Shown: positions 1 through 10,210, numbered from the stretch's first letter. The stretch is 37,885 bases of DNA from a virus (IMGVR_UViG_3300046787_000110:1-37885); one strand, 5' to 3'. Notes: generated by a model from the letters alone, not told the origin. Made by a program: numbers and translations.

Positions 1-216
1 TTGTACTGTCGCTGTGGGTTGTACTGTCGCTGTGGGTTGTACTGTCGCTGTGGGTTGTACTGTCGCTGTGGGTTGTACTGTCGCTGTGGGTTGTACTGTC
101 GCTGTGGGTTGTACTGTCGCTGTTGGCTGTACTGTCGCTGTTGGCTGTACTGTTGCAGTAGGTTGTACTGTTGCAGTGGGTTGTACTGTTGCAGTAGGTT
201 GTACTGTTGCAGTAGG
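1..216 (-). repeat. 18-bp coding tandem repeat, at least 12 units, each encoding PTATVQ
   Basis: Six perfect ttgtactgtcgctgtggg units, then six variants whose differences are synonymous in the - strand frame. May continue past the window edge. Confidence 0.95.
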
Positions 217-2979
217 CCTTGCTATAGCCGTTGGTGTAACAGGGGTTGTTGTTTTTGTATCAACCACGGGTGTCACATACTGTTGTTGTGTGATCGGTGT
301 TGTTATTGTTTTTGCACCGGTTGCAGTTGAGCCGTTGCTGATAACAATGTTGTCGTCTGCACCACCCTCACGGCCCTGAATCAAATCAGTAGAGCGCATG
401 GTCTCTGCGTTGGCCGGTGTGAACACCTCGTTCTCACCATAGATGTTGTACTGGTTAAACAGTCCGGGGCTAGTTTCTTTCATTGCCAACGCTTCGGCGT
501 TTGAAATGCCTAAACGTTGGGCCACACTGGCAACGTCTGCAGACACTTGGTCTGTGCCAGTGCCGGGTGTGTACACCTCACCACCAACCAACAACTCGCC
601 TGCTTCGTTGTATTGGTCGCCTGTCAAGCCTGTGTTGGTCAAACCTTCAAGCGCGTCGATGTTTGCTGTGCGTGTTCCAGTCACAGTCATCTCACCCGCG
701 TCAGTCACACCGGGTGCTGTTGTAACAGTGGCGCCTTGCGTGAACGGCGTGTAGCCTGTTGGGATCTGACTAACAAGGTCAGAATTTTGTGTTTGTGTTT
801 GTGTGTTAAGTTTTTCGGGAACCAAAGAGGTTCCTTGCAAGAACGACAGGGAGCCCGCGCCACCAAAAATCCCAGAAGCAATAATCGCGTCTCTTACTTT
901 TGTGCTAACTGTTGCGGCCTCGCGCAAAGCTGTTTGGCCTGCGGGTGTTGCGGCCAGTCGTTGCAACAAAGCTGTGGTCTCTGCGGCGGCCGCACTGCCT
1001 AGTGCAGGGACCGCGCCAGCAAACGCAAGCTGGTCTGGTTGAATGCCTTCGATTTGTGCAATGACGTTTTCTGCTTCACCAGAAACAGGCAGGTCTTGTG
1101 TCAGAGTGGTTGGTGTGACCCCTGCCAGCGCAGTGTCAAATTGGTTGGACGCGGCCAGTGCGTCCTCTGGTGTACCACCAGCCGCAATAACGTCTTTAAA
1201 CGCGGTGAATGCAGTATTGTTTGTGTTGGCCGCAGTAGCCGCGTTGTTGAATGCTGACGCGGCGCTAGCAAGCGCAGAGGCGTCGCCAGTCTTTTCAAAC
1301 CGATTAAACGCGTCTGTAAGGCGCAAAGCCGACGCGGCAAGCTTGGCGTCACCACTGCCTGTCAGTGAGCCAGCGGCGTCCGCCAAACCGGCAAGATCGT
1401 TGTTAGCAAACGCGTTGGCCGCGTTAGCCAAGGTTAAACCAGTGCGGACTTCCGTGGGTAAGTTTGCACCGACTACATTGGCCGCGGAATTAACTAAACC
1501 GGCAACGTTGCCAGTTTGAAGCGCGTTCAAGCCGCTGACAGTGTTTCTTATGTCGTTGATTGGAATACCAGCGAAGTCTGTGAAACCTGCGGCTTGTCCT
1601 GCGCCAAGTGCGCCAAGTGCGGCGCCTGTCCAGTTGCCTTGGCCTGCAGAGATAGCGGCGTTCAGGCCTTGTGCAAACGGGGCCACACCGGGAATGAACG
1701 AGGCGGCGGCCAACAACGTTTGCAGATCACCGACGTCGCTACTAGACGCGCCGGTGGTGTACAGGATAGGTTGCCCTTGTGCATCAAACCCAACGCGGTA
1801 CGCTGTGTTACCCTCGCCGGTGTATGTGCCAGAGAACGCGTTACCAGAGGCACGATCATAGTCGCTGATCAGCGGTTGACCGGTGACTGTGTTGACTAAA
1901 ACTGTTTGAGTTGTCGCTGGAACATCTACAGTACCCTGCTCTGTTTCATACGAGTAGCCGGGGGTTGTAACTTCTTTTTGACCAATCTGGCTAATGTCTG
2001 TAACACCAGACGCCACCAAGTTCTGGGCCATGGCGCGTGCGTTGGCGTCCGCTGAACCAAAACCTTCACCACTCCACTGACCCATTGTGCCTTGACCAAC
2101 AATTTGGTTGTATACGTTGTTAACGTCTGCGTTATTTAGCGTGTAGTTTTGGCCTGCAAATGTTGCAGTTGTTGTGTCCGCGGGGGTAGTTGTACCTGCT
2201 TGCTGTGTTGCAATTGTCGCCGCTGTGTTTGTATCAGCACCGCGGTTTACCAAGTTGTTATATGCGTCAATAACAGACTGGTTATAAATTGATTCGCCGG
2301 CCGCGTTAAAATGCAAAGGATCGCGCAACAGCGACTGGTCCTGCAAAATGTTGCCCATGCTATCAACCAACGAGACGTTGCTGTTGTTAGCCGCAATGTC
2401 GTTGTAGAAAGAAGCTAAACCGGTGTTGAAGTTGCCACCAGTAACGTCCGCCATGGAAGAGACTTCAGGCGATCCAGTGAGCACCACGTTAACGCCTTGG
2501 TTACCAAGGGTTGAAACAATTTGGTTGATGTTGTTGGTTATGGTGCCTTGGTCAAAACCCTGCAACATGTCCACGCCGCCGGTCTGTAAGAACACAGTTG
2601 AGCCGGGGGCAAAGGAACCACCAGAGCCAATAAAGGTATTGAGTTGGTTTAGTGTGTCGGCGGTTGTTGCACCACCAACAGCGGTGTTCAGTGTCTGCTG
2701 GCCTGTTGCGGCTGTAAGCTGGTCTGCAAGCGTGTTGTTTGTGCTGTTCCAGCTTGCACCAGCCAAGATGTTACCTGACAGCACGTTGCCTGCGTTTGAC
2801 GTTGTGTCTGCGGCTGTTGTAGTTGGTGCCGCTACAGTGACCGCCGCGCCCGGAGCACTTGCTAAATTGAGTCCCCCAACGCCACCCGAAGGGCTTGATT
2901 CTGCATTCAAAGACGACAGTCCACCGAAGTCATCGCCGGTGTCTTCAAAAGCTGTTCTGTATGTGCCTTGGAGTGCCAT
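1..2979 (-). CDS. Large virion protein (putative ejection/internal protein) with N-terminal SGNH/GDSL-hydrolase-like domain; 3' end truncated by the window edge
   Basis: Missing from the ORF track because no stop codon lies in the window. Read manually from ATG at 2979 (MALQGTYRTAFEDTG...), open to base 1. Motifs ILAGASW, NTAVGGATTAD, VFLQTGGVD and RDPLHFNAAG, then Ala/Gly/Thr-rich segments and PTATVQ repeats. Preceded by the late motif. Confidence 0.8.
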   Translation of the reverse strand, partial: MALQGTYRTAFEDTGDDFGGLSSLNAESSPSGGVGGLNLASAPGAAVTVAAPTTTAADTTSNAGNVLSGNILAGASWNSTNNTLADQLTAATGQQTLNTAVGGATTADTLNQLNTFIGSGGSFAPGSTVFLQTGGVDMLQGFDQGTITNNINQIVSTLGNQGVNVVLTGSPEVSSMADVTGGNFNTGLASFYNDIAANNSNVSLVDSMGNILQDQSLLRDPLHFNAAGESIYNQSVIDAYNNLVNRGADTNTAATIATQQAGTTTPADTTTATFAGQNYTLNNADVNNVYNQIVGQGTMGQWSGEGFGSADANARAMAQNLVASGVTDISQIGQKEVTTPGYSYETEQGTVDVPATTQTVLVNTVTGQPLISDYDRASGNAFSGTYTGEGNTAYRVGFDAQGQPILYTTGASSSDVGDLQTLLAAASFIPGVAPFAQGLNAAISAGQGNWTGAALGALGAGQAAGFTDFAGIPINDIRNTVSGLNALQTGNVAGLVNSAANVVGANLPTEVRTGLTLANAANAFANNDLAGLADAAGSLTGSGDAKLAASALRLTDAFNRFEKTGDASALASAASAFNNAATAANTNNTAFTAFKDVIAAGGTPEDALAASNQFDTALAGVTPTTLTQDLPVSGEAENVIAQIEGIQPDQLAFAGAVPALGSAAAAETTALLQRLAATPAGQTALREAATVSTKVRDAIIASGIFGGAGSLSFLQGTSLVPEKLNTQTQTQNSDLVSQIPTGYTPFTQGATVTTAPGVTDAGEMTVTGTRTANIDALEGLTNTGLTGDQYNEAGELLVGGEVYTPGTGTDQVSADVASVAQRLGISNAEALAMKETSPGLFNQYNIYGENEVFTPANAETMRSTDLIQGREGGADDNIVISNGSTATGAKTITTPITQQQYVTPVVDTKTTTPVTPTAIARPTATVQPTATVQPTATVQPTATVQPTATVQPTATVQPTATVQPTATVQPTATVQPTATVQPTATVQPTATVQ

Positions 2980-3004
2980 TTTTGTGGGTATGTTGGTTGG
3001 GTAT

Positions 3005-3044
3005 TCCTATAGAGAATTACCCATAATTTAAGGCGTTTATGCCC
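3005..3044 (-). promoter_or_regulatory. Putative phage late promoter, copy 1
   Basis: GGGC-ATAAACGCCTTAAAT-TATGGGTAATTCTCTATAGGA on - strand, upstream of ATG 2979; same spacing as five other copies. Confidence 0.7.
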
Positions 3045-3276
3045 CGTCACCGTTGATCGCAACGATCAGGTTGTTGGCCCAGTCTTGCCATCTTTCGAAC
3101 ATCTCTGGGTTAGGCACAGCGTATTTATCAAACACAGGGTTGACCGTGACCGCTTGAGCTACTTCAAGCCACTGGTCTTCAGGCAAGTAAGGGAACTGCT
3201 GTTCACCAAAGTAGTGAAGCAAGTTCCCGTTCCAGTCTTCCCAAGTGCTGTACTCGGGTAAGAATTCAATCAGCAT
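3037..3276 (-). CDS. Hypothetical protein (tail/virion module)
   Basis: 79-aa ORF abutting the stop of the upstream gene. Confidence 0.7.
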   Translation of the reverse strand: MLIEFLPEYSTWEDWNGNLLHYFGEQQFPYLPEDQWLEVAQAVTVNPVFDKYAVPNPEMFERWQDWANNLIVAINGDGA

Positions 3277-5400
3277 TTAAGGACGCTCGTCGCCGAACTC
3301 GGCGGTGATTAACGTTCTACCGGCCTCGTAATCTCCGTCAATAACGTTACTGCGCCAACGCAGACTGACAAGCCTGTACTCGGCCCTCAAGTCCACCTTG
3401 CCGGACGTTGGTGAGTAAGTAAAAGGACCCTTCTCTTCTACGCCGTCGTTTGCAAAAGGCCTACCAACAATGGTGAGTTCCATGTCGCCCACCTGCTTGA
3501 AGTCTGGCTCAATACGAGTCAGGTGCATGCGTCGGTTAACACCCATGGGGTCGTCTGACGCAGGCGTTCCGCCCACCCAGCTAATGTCGCAGGTCTCTAC
3601 AAAAGAATCAACAGCGTACTCTTCTGTGTTCGTGATCTTGTTCTTACCAAACTCTTGTTCCCAGATCACGTAACCACCAGTGGCCTGTGTCATAGAGCTA
3701 CCCGCAACCACTGTGACAGGCACCGGGTCAGCAAAGGTCAGCGTGGTATAGCCACCAGAGGAGTTGTTTGTGAACACCGCGGCGGTGATCTGGTTTGCAG
3801 AGGCAAAGTCTTCACCGATCTGTGTGTCGAACACCATGAAACTGCCGGCAGGGTTGGTGGTCAGGTCACCCGGGGCAACCACCTGATATGCTGTTGTGAT
3901 TGGCGATGTGGCGTGACTAGGGCCATAGGTCAGTGTGTATGTCTGACCCAGTTCACCCGTAAAGTCCCAGCCTGCCCAAATGGGGCGGGGGAACACCTCG
4001 GTCACGTATCCACAAGACCTGCGTGCACCTTCAGCTTGGCCGGCGTCGTACCAGATGTTATCTTTAACGTTAAAAATAATACAGTCTGTGCACTCTGTTG
4101 CTGTACCGCGTGGGTAGAAGAACCAGATCTCGTTGTAGCGAGGAACCTTGGTGGCCCACACCTTTTGACGGGCTGTAAAGTTAATGTTGTCAAACAGGTA
4201 GTTAACGTTCTTGTCGTTAGGTAGAACTTTAACTCCGCCGTTGTACAGATAGAACCGGTCAACGCCCATCCAAAAGAACGTGCCGTCCATCTCAACCACC
4301 GCGCTAGACGACATGATAGACGTTTGATTAGACACCGTATCGTAGCGCCAGTAGTAAGGCGCTTGGCCTGTGAAGGACACACGTACCAAAGAGTCAGTGG
4401 CCCAGAAGAGGCCAGAGGGGGATGACGTACCGCCACGGATGGGGAAGCCACGCACGATCTTGCCGGCCGTCACGTTCACCTCGTTGGCAAGCGTGCCATT
4501 CCAGTCGCTGAACGTTTGCACGTTGGCTGTGGACGAGTTGAAGATCACGTTGTTGTTGCGTAACAGGCCGTAGTTGCCGTACACGAACACAAACGGGTGT
4601 AACACCACAACACCGCCGCTCACGTCGATAGGCAGGTACGTTGGTGCTGTGCCGGTGGAGTCAACCACCTCTGTCAGGCTGTAAATGCCTGTTGTTGGGT
4701 CGGGTAAGAAGTTACCCGCAAACAGTGACGTGTTAACACCGGAGTCAATGTTGTCTAGGTTATGGCCGGGGTGGGCCAACAGTTTGGATGCACCGTTGCC
4801 TGAAGAGTCGTACGCAATGTCAAACTGCCACAGGTGCTGGTTGCTTGAAGCAAAAACATTTGGCACATAGATCTCAAACGGAACCGTAGGCATGCCAGTA
4901 ACAGACGCCAAATGAAGTTCGGTGTAGTTGCCTCCAGAACTATACGTGGGTGTTGTCGTTGTTGTATAGTTGGTGCGAACACCTGATGTGTTGTACGCCC
5001 AGAAAGTTGTGCCGTTGGGGAACACCGCAAGATGATTGCCATGAACGTGGACCGTTTTAGGAGACACGTTAACCTGAACGATCACGTAGGTTTTGCTGAA
5101 CTCAATAGGGAACGGACCCACACCAACACCTTGGTCGGTGCCGGTGTTGAACACCTCAACGCCCTTGTAGTTGCCTGCGTAGATGTAGTTAACGCCGTTC
5201 AGTGAGTTGGTGATCATCCCGCGAGGAACGCCAGTGGGAGAGGCAAACATTTGGCGGTAGCCGCCAATCTTCTTTGCCTTGCCCCTTTGAAACCTAACCC
5301 ACTTACCGTCGCTATACTCGTCAGCCTCAAACTTTGTGCCGTCCCGCTTAATGCCGGGTTTTACAAAGAGGGTGAATATTTTTGACGGTTCAGTTGCCAT
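3277..5400 (-). CDS. Putative podoviral tail nozzle / DNA-stabilisation protein (P22 gp10 or T7 gp12 position)
   Basis: 707 aa, beta-rich with propeller-like aromatic segments (FFWMGVDRFYLYNG, NEIWFFYP), downstream of adaptor and fibre genes. Function inferred. Confidence 0.55.
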   Translation of the reverse strand: MATEPSKIFTLFVKPGIKRDGTKFEADEYSDGKWVRFQRGKAKKIGGYRQMFASPTGVPRGMITNSLNGVNYIYAGNYKGVEVFNTGTDQGVGVGPFPIEFSKTYVIVQVNVSPKTVHVHGNHLAVFPNGTTFWAYNTSGVRTNYTTTTTPTYSSGGNYTELHLASVTGMPTVPFEIYVPNVFASSNQHLWQFDIAYDSSGNGASKLLAHPGHNLDNIDSGVNTSLFAGNFLPDPTTGIYSLTEVVDSTGTAPTYLPIDVSGGVVVLHPFVFVYGNYGLLRNNNVIFNSSTANVQTFSDWNGTLANEVNVTAGKIVRGFPIRGGTSSPSGLFWATDSLVRVSFTGQAPYYWRYDTVSNQTSIMSSSAVVEMDGTFFWMGVDRFYLYNGGVKVLPNDKNVNYLFDNINFTARQKVWATKVPRYNEIWFFYPRGTATECTDCIIFNVKDNIWYDAGQAEGARRSCGYVTEVFPRPIWAGWDFTGELGQTYTLTYGPSHATSPITTAYQVVAPGDLTTNPAGSFMVFDTQIGEDFASANQITAAVFTNNSSGGYTTLTFADPVPVTVVAGSSMTQATGGYVIWEQEFGKNKITNTEEYAVDSFVETCDISWVGGTPASDDPMGVNRRMHLTRIEPDFKQVGDMELTIVGRPFANDGVEEKGPFTYSPTSGKVDLRAEYRLVSLRWRSNVIDGDYEAGRTLITAEFGDERP

Positions 5401-6674
5401 TAGAATGCCCCACCAGAGATCAGGTCAGCCTGCACGCGCCCCACAAAACGGGTCACGTAGTTACCCACACCAGCCGTTGCGTCCATTGTCGCAATGTTGA
5501 TGCCCGCAACAGAGAAGCCTAGTTGGCCGTTGTTGGGTGAGTACATGCCAGTCACTGGGTCCAGTGTGAACGTGAAAGCTGGCGCCGCGGCACTACCGCG
5601 GTTGGCCAAGTACTGACCGATGTTGGTCTGAAGTAGTGGGTACAAGTTTGTACCGTCGCTCAACACAATGACTTGTGTGGACGTTGGCAAAGAGAAGGGA
5701 GGCTGTGCGCTACCCTGCACTTGGAATTGAACGTTATAGCCACTCTGGTTGGTGTCGTTCAGCAGGTAGTACACCTGAGTCACGGCAGGCAACTGGACCA
5801 ACAAGCTGGTTGTACGTGTGCCGCTCAGGGCTGTGTAGCGCTGAATAATTGGTGTGTTGGTGATCAGGCTCAGTGTAGCGCCAGCCACCACGTCCACGTC
5901 GTACGTGGCAGAAGAGAACGTCAGGCTGTTAGGGCGTGAACGACCAACGGTAAAGAAGTCTTGTTTGGCGGGGTCTTGGTTTACGCAGATAAAGCAAGAG
6001 TCACCAAGGGGCAGTGCCAAACTGGCCAGACCATCAATTGTGGAACCCACAGAAGCCGTGTTGATTGTCAGTGTGCCGGTGCCGTTGTTACGAACCAAAA
6101 CATACCAACCCTCAGACAACGAGGCCACAGCGGGCAGTGTGGTCGAGCCTGCGCCGCCGGTCCACACGAAACACTGTGAGCGCGATGTGTCAGAGAAGGT
6201 GATAGACGAGGAGTACTCGTTGGTAACAATCGTGGTCTCTAGTTTGCCTAGAATGGCCGCTGTGCTGTTTCCCGCCAGTGTGGCGGCGTCTGCATAGGAC
6301 GTACCAACACCAAACGCCACAGTCTGCCATACGCCCGCGTTGGTGGTGTTGTCTGTGAGGTACGTGTAGTACGACTGACCCACGGGCACAGTGAACGAGC
6401 CAGTGCCGTCTGTGCGCGAAACCGTGAACGCGTTGGCGCCTTGGTTGCGGATCAAAATGTCTTCGCCGACAGACGCCTGTTGTGCGTTAGGCAGTTTTAA
6501 GATACCACCGGCGGCGGACACAACGTCAATGATTCGCGCGCTGACCTGTTGGCCTGCGTCATTAACGTACTGCGGCCAGTAAAGTTGTACTGTGCCAGAT
6601 AACGCAATCGCCTCGTAACTTACGTCCGTAGGCTGGATTGCGTTCCCGGTAAACGGGGAGGTAAATGTCGTCAT
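5400..6674 (-). CDS. Virion/tail structural protein
   Basis: 424 aa, Thr/Ser/Gly-rich with fibre-like segments (TTLPAVASLSEGW, RNNGTGTLTI); tail-module context. Confidence 0.6.
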   Translation of the reverse strand: MTTFTSPFTGNAIQPTDVSYEAIALSGTVQLYWPQYVNDAGQQVSARIIDVVSAAGGILKLPNAQQASVGEDILIRNQGANAFTVSRTDGTGSFTVPVGQSYYTYLTDNTTNAGVWQTVAFGVGTSYADAATLAGNSTAAILGKLETTIVTNEYSSSITFSDTSRSQCFVWTGGAGSTTLPAVASLSEGWYVLVRNNGTGTLTINTASVGSTIDGLASLALPLGDSCFICVNQDPAKQDFFTVGRSRPNSLTFSSATYDVDVVAGATLSLITNTPIIQRYTALSGTRTTSLLVQLPAVTQVYYLLNDTNQSGYNVQFQVQGSAQPPFSLPTSTQVIVLSDGTNLYPLLQTNIGQYLANRGSAAAPAFTFTLDPVTGMYSPNNGQLGFSVAGINIATMDATAGVGNYVTRFVGRVQADLISGGAF

Positions 6675-7292
6675 TTAAGGTTCCTGTCTTACTGCGTTGC
6701 GATCCACCATACGTTTTTGGTCTTCGCCTTTGAGTGCCGCGATGGCTTCATCGTAGTAGCCCTTCCACATTGCAAGCTTGTCTGCATTTTTAATGAAGCC
6801 TTGTGCTTGGAGCAAGGTGCCGTACAGCAAAGCCTGTGGGGCTTCGCGTGTTAAGAGGTTTTCTTGATTCGTGACATCAAGCGGCTGAATGCGGCTGAAA
6901 TAAATAATTTGCAACGTGTAGTCGTCGTCTGGAGTTGGAGCAAGAGCCCAGTGATCATAGTCGTAATCTCCGTAGTACAAGGGTTGTCCGTTATTGGACT
7001 CTGTTTGAAACTGTGACACGTAGTCCATGGACCTGTTGAGTACAGGCTGACCGTTGATCTTCATGCTGACAGTTTTACGCCAACGTGCAGGCTTTTGGAT
7101 CACAGGGTCATTGACAGTCAACGTGGTGTTGACCACGTTTAACTGCATGAGTGTTTTGATCTGAGCGGCAATGCTCTGCTCGGTCAACATGATCAACCGA
7201 GGGATCTGCGCAACAAAAGAAACATCGTCGCGCTCAGAGTAGGTAATGACATCCTCAACGAGGCTATCATAGGTCATTGCTTCTGCGGCCAT
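6675..7292 (-). CDS. Putative head-tail adaptor / tail tubular protein
   Basis: 205 aa with helical termini (YDSLVEDVITY...; LLYGTLLQAQGFIK...YDEAIAAL) around a beta core, typical of podoviral adaptors. Inference. Confidence 0.5.
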   Translation of the reverse strand: MAAEAMTYDSLVEDVITYSERDDVSFVAQIPRLIMLTEQSIAAQIKTLMQLNVVNTTLTVNDPVIQKPARWRKTVSMKINGQPVLNRSMDYVSQFQTESNNGQPLYYGDYDYDHWALAPTPDDDYTLQIIYFSRIQPLDVTNQENLLTREAPQALLYGTLLQAQGFIKNADKLAMWKGYYDEAIAALKGEDQKRMVDRNAVRQEP

Positions 7293-7305
7293 TTATCTCT
7301 TTCAG

Positions 7306-7527
7306 TTATTCAGCGTTTGCTTGCTCTGTAGGAGCTTCTTCAACAGGAGCGACAACAACTGGGGCGGCAAAACTACCGTCCTCTTGTTGAACCCAACCTA
7401 CTTGAACCTCATCTGCAACATCAACACACATGGCAAGCACTTGAGGGTGAAAACAATCCTCAATAGCAAAACCATCGATTGGCATCAAAATCTCGCCAAC
7501 TACGCCATTAAAAATTCGTGCTTTCAT
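7306..7527 (-). CDS. Small tail-fibre-associated protein
   Basis: ATG 7527 with GGAG upstream, immediately after the Gly-rich gene. Confidence 0.6.
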   Translation of the reverse strand: MKARIFNGVVGEILMPIDGFAIEDCFHPQVLAMCVDVADEVQVGWVQQEDGSFAAPVVVAPVEEAPTEQANAE

Positions 7528-7529
7528 TT

Positions 7530-8246
7530 TTACCACTCCACAATAACAAGACCTGCGCCTCCGGGGGCGCCGCCACCGCCACCACCAGCAGGATAACCAC
7601 CACCACCATTCTCACCACCACCACCACCATTAGAACCGCATTGATAGTAGCTTCCACCACCACCAGTTCCAATATAGTCAATGCTGGTTGTGTTACCAGC
7701 AGTAGGCATTGATACGCTATTTGCGTTTGTATTAGCCGCCGTCCATCCGCCAACACCAGTAAACCCTGAACCGCCACTCCATGCGGCATTATTTGAACCA
7801 CCGCCACCACCAGCGGCTGATCTAAATCTGACACCACCATTGCCAAACAAAGAAGCAGAACCACCTGAACCAGCGCCATCACCAGCACCACCAGTTGTGT
7901 TGATGTCGCCACCTACGCCAGTACCACCAGAACCAGAACCAGATGAACCGCCAGTAGCAGATACATAGGAACCAAATGACGATGTGCCTCCAGTGGAGTT
8001 AGGAGCGGCTCCAACAGTGACTGTGATTGCGGCTCCGGGTACAAGTCCGTAAATGGTTTTGAGGGCAAAGCCACCGCCACTACCAGCGTTATAGCCACCA
8101 CCACCCCATAAACGAACACGAACTGTACTTACGCCAGCAGGAACAGTAAAAGTGCCTGACATGCCTAAACCATACATCTGTATGTTGCCTGTACCAAATA
8201 CCCCAGTTATAGGGTTATTGATTTGCGAAACAATTGGGACTGTCAT
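7530..8246 (-). CDS. Glycine-rich tail-fibre/adhesin-type protein
   Basis: GTFTVPAGVSTVRVRLWGGGG ... GAGLVIVEW with many GGGG runs, the usual phage Gly-rich domain pattern. Confidence 0.75.
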   Translation of the reverse strand: MTVPIVSQINNPITGVFGTGNIQMYGLGMSGTFTVPAGVSTVRVRLWGGGGYNAGSGGGFALKTIYGLVPGAAITVTVGAAPNSTGGTSSFGSYVSATGGSSGSGSGGTGVGGDINTTGGAGDGAGSGGSASLFGNGGVRFRSAAGGGGGSNNAAWSGGSGFTGVGGWTAANTNANSVSMPTAGNTTSIDYIGTGGGGSYYQCGSNGGGGGENGGGGYPAGGGGGGAPGGAGLVIVEW

Positions 8247-9889
8247 TATTCAAGACCTTTCAAGGTTACTGTTGTTGCGCTTACGCTACCACGCTGACCA
8301 AAAATTGGTTGGCTTGCTGTGGTTTGGTATGAATAGTAAATTGGCGTTGTGACTGTGGGGTACGAAGAACCCAACTGAGCTGTACCATTCATAATCACTT
8401 GACCTGTTGAATTAGCCGCCGCATCTGTTGCGGCTACACCCATAAGGTAATACCCACCAGAAGGAAGATAACTATTACCAGTTAAGGATGTTACTCCGTT
8501 GGTTGCGGCAATTGTTGCCGCCCCAATCTGACCTACATATGTTGTCGTATATGCTATGTATAGAACAGATATAAGACCACTACCAAAACTAGCCGCAGAG
8601 AATGTCCCGGGGTTTCCTGTACCCGCACTAAAAGTAGGAGACGCAACTAAAGTTGGCCCTGTTATAGTATTAGAAGAACTTAATGTAGATAAATAAATAC
8701 TGTTTGAATAGTTAGAAACACAAGATATAGAACCATCAGCAAGAGAAGAAAAAATTGCTGAATTTCCAACGCAAAGATATGATGTACTACCAACACTTAA
8801 TGAACCTGTTGTATTGGTAGATTTTGTATATGTTAATTTTTGATAATAAATACTGTTACTAGCATACACAGGCATAACAATAGTGCCATCAGTAGCTACT
8901 GTAATGCTCATTGTTTCGCCACCTGAAGTGCCAGTAGCAGATGAAATCGTAGCAGATGTTACTGAAGAACCACCAGTATAAACACCGACTACTGGGTTAT
9001 AACCAACACTACTAAGCAATTCTTGCGCACAATAAACCCAAATATTAGTCCCAGATGTTGATGGCAAACCCACACATGGAACATAATAACTACCGCCACC
9101 ACCTACACCATATGAAGCAGTCCCTCCAGTTTGAATAGTTCCGCTACTGTTATAAATGTGAAATGTAGGAGCATAAATAATATTAGTAAGACCGCTAGAT
9201 CCACACAATACAGACCCACCACCACTTAATGCCGCCATCGAAAAGTTACCGGGACTTGCAACATATGCACCTTGATCGTTTGCGGCAACTACAACTGCAC
9301 CAGCGGGGCTATATTGTGCGACATAAAGTTGATAAGAGCCAGTATTAGGAGTCCACGCAAACTGTATATTTCCACTTGCCAAAGTACAGCAAGCAAAGTT
9401 ACCAGATCTGGTATTAGTCTGAAGTATGGTAGTAAGTGTTGTTTCAGCAACAACGGTTGCACCAGTTGAGTCAATAACTTTAAAATATAAAGTAGCTCCT
9501 GTGTTGTACATTAAAACAACATTACCATTAGCTAGTGTGCAAGACCTAGTTTGATACGATGGTACTGCTTTTACTGTGTTATTAGCTATTTGTATAGAAG
9601 CAAATGTTCTTGTCGTTCCTGTATATGTTCCTTGATCTACATAAGGGCCATATGAGGCAGTTCTAAATGCGGAAGATTGAAGACCAGTAGAAAGCCATGT
9701 TGTTCCAACATATGGTCTATCAGATCCAAGATTCACATTTCCTGTGGTTCTAGTTCCTACACCTGTGGGTGTTGTATAAACATAATCACCAGCGCTAAAA
9801 CCAGTTGTTGTAAATACTGGTGCAATAACCGATGAACCTGCCGCAACAGCAGAACCTGATGATGAAGTTTGCGTAATGCTTCTTGACAT
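8246..9889 (-). CDS. Putative receptor-binding/tail fibre protein
   Basis: 547 aa, Ser/Thr/Gly-rich with propeller-like repeats (CTLANGNVV, CTLASGNIQ, AALSGGGSV, SSLADGSIS). DNA is visibly AT-richer than its neighbours. Confidence 0.6.
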   Translation of the reverse strand: MSRSITQTSSSGSAVAAGSSVIAPVFTTTGFSAGDYVYTTPTGVGTRTTGNVNLGSDRPYVGTTWLSTGLQSSAFRTASYGPYVDQGTYTGTTRTFASIQIANNTVKAVPSYQTRSCTLANGNVVLMYNTGATLYFKVIDSTGATVVAETTLTTILQTNTRSGNFACCTLASGNIQFAWTPNTGSYQLYVAQYSPAGAVVVAANDQGAYVASPGNFSMAALSGGGSVLCGSSGLTNIIYAPTFHIYNSSGTIQTGGTASYGVGGGGSYYVPCVGLPSTSGTNIWVYCAQELLSSVGYNPVVGVYTGGSSVTSATISSATGTSGGETMSITVATDGTIVMPVYASNSIYYQKLTYTKSTNTTGSLSVGSTSYLCVGNSAIFSSLADGSISCVSNYSNSIYLSTLSSSNTITGPTLVASPTFSAGTGNPGTFSAASFGSGLISVLYIAYTTTYVGQIGAATIAATNGVTSLTGNSYLPSGGYYLMGVAATDAAANSTGQVIMNGTAQLGSSYPTVTTPIYYSYQTTASQPIFGQRGSVSATTVTLKGLE

Positions 9890-9892
9890 TTT

Positions 9893-10201
9893 TTAACCCT
9901 CGTATCCGTATACGTTAACACTGACACCAGTAGCGTTGGCATAAGCAACAACACGCTCACCAGATGTAGCCACAATACCACCTCGCTCTAAAACACCGTT
10001 GGCGGGGATCACAGTTTGGTATTCCAAATACTCACCTGCTGTTGGTGTTGCTAACGAAGCAATTGCCAAATTAACAGCAACAGGAGCACCTGTCGTGTTT
10101 ACCATATTCACGTTAAAAGTTGTAGGCGTCGCGGCGGCTGTGTAGACCGTTGTGTTGGTTGCCGCTGTAAGCGACGCTTGACCTAGTGTTCCTGATGCCA
10201 T
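9893..10201 (-). CDS. Small virion (fibre-associated) protein
   Basis: 102-aa beta-rich ORF between fibre genes. Confidence 0.65.
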   Translation of the reverse strand: MASGTLGQASLTAATNTTVYTAAATPTTFNVNMVNTTGAPVAVNLAIASLATPTAGEYLEYQTVIPANGVLERGGIVATSGERVVAYANATGVSVNVYGYEG

Positions 10202-10210
10202 GATCTATCC

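Noticed and set aside
1-3031. Plus-strand ORFs such as (CRCGLY)n and (GCTVAV)n as Cys-rich proteins
   Set aside because: They are antisense shadows of the long - strand ORF; repeat variation is synonymous in the - frame, which has a promoter motif and a recognisable domain.
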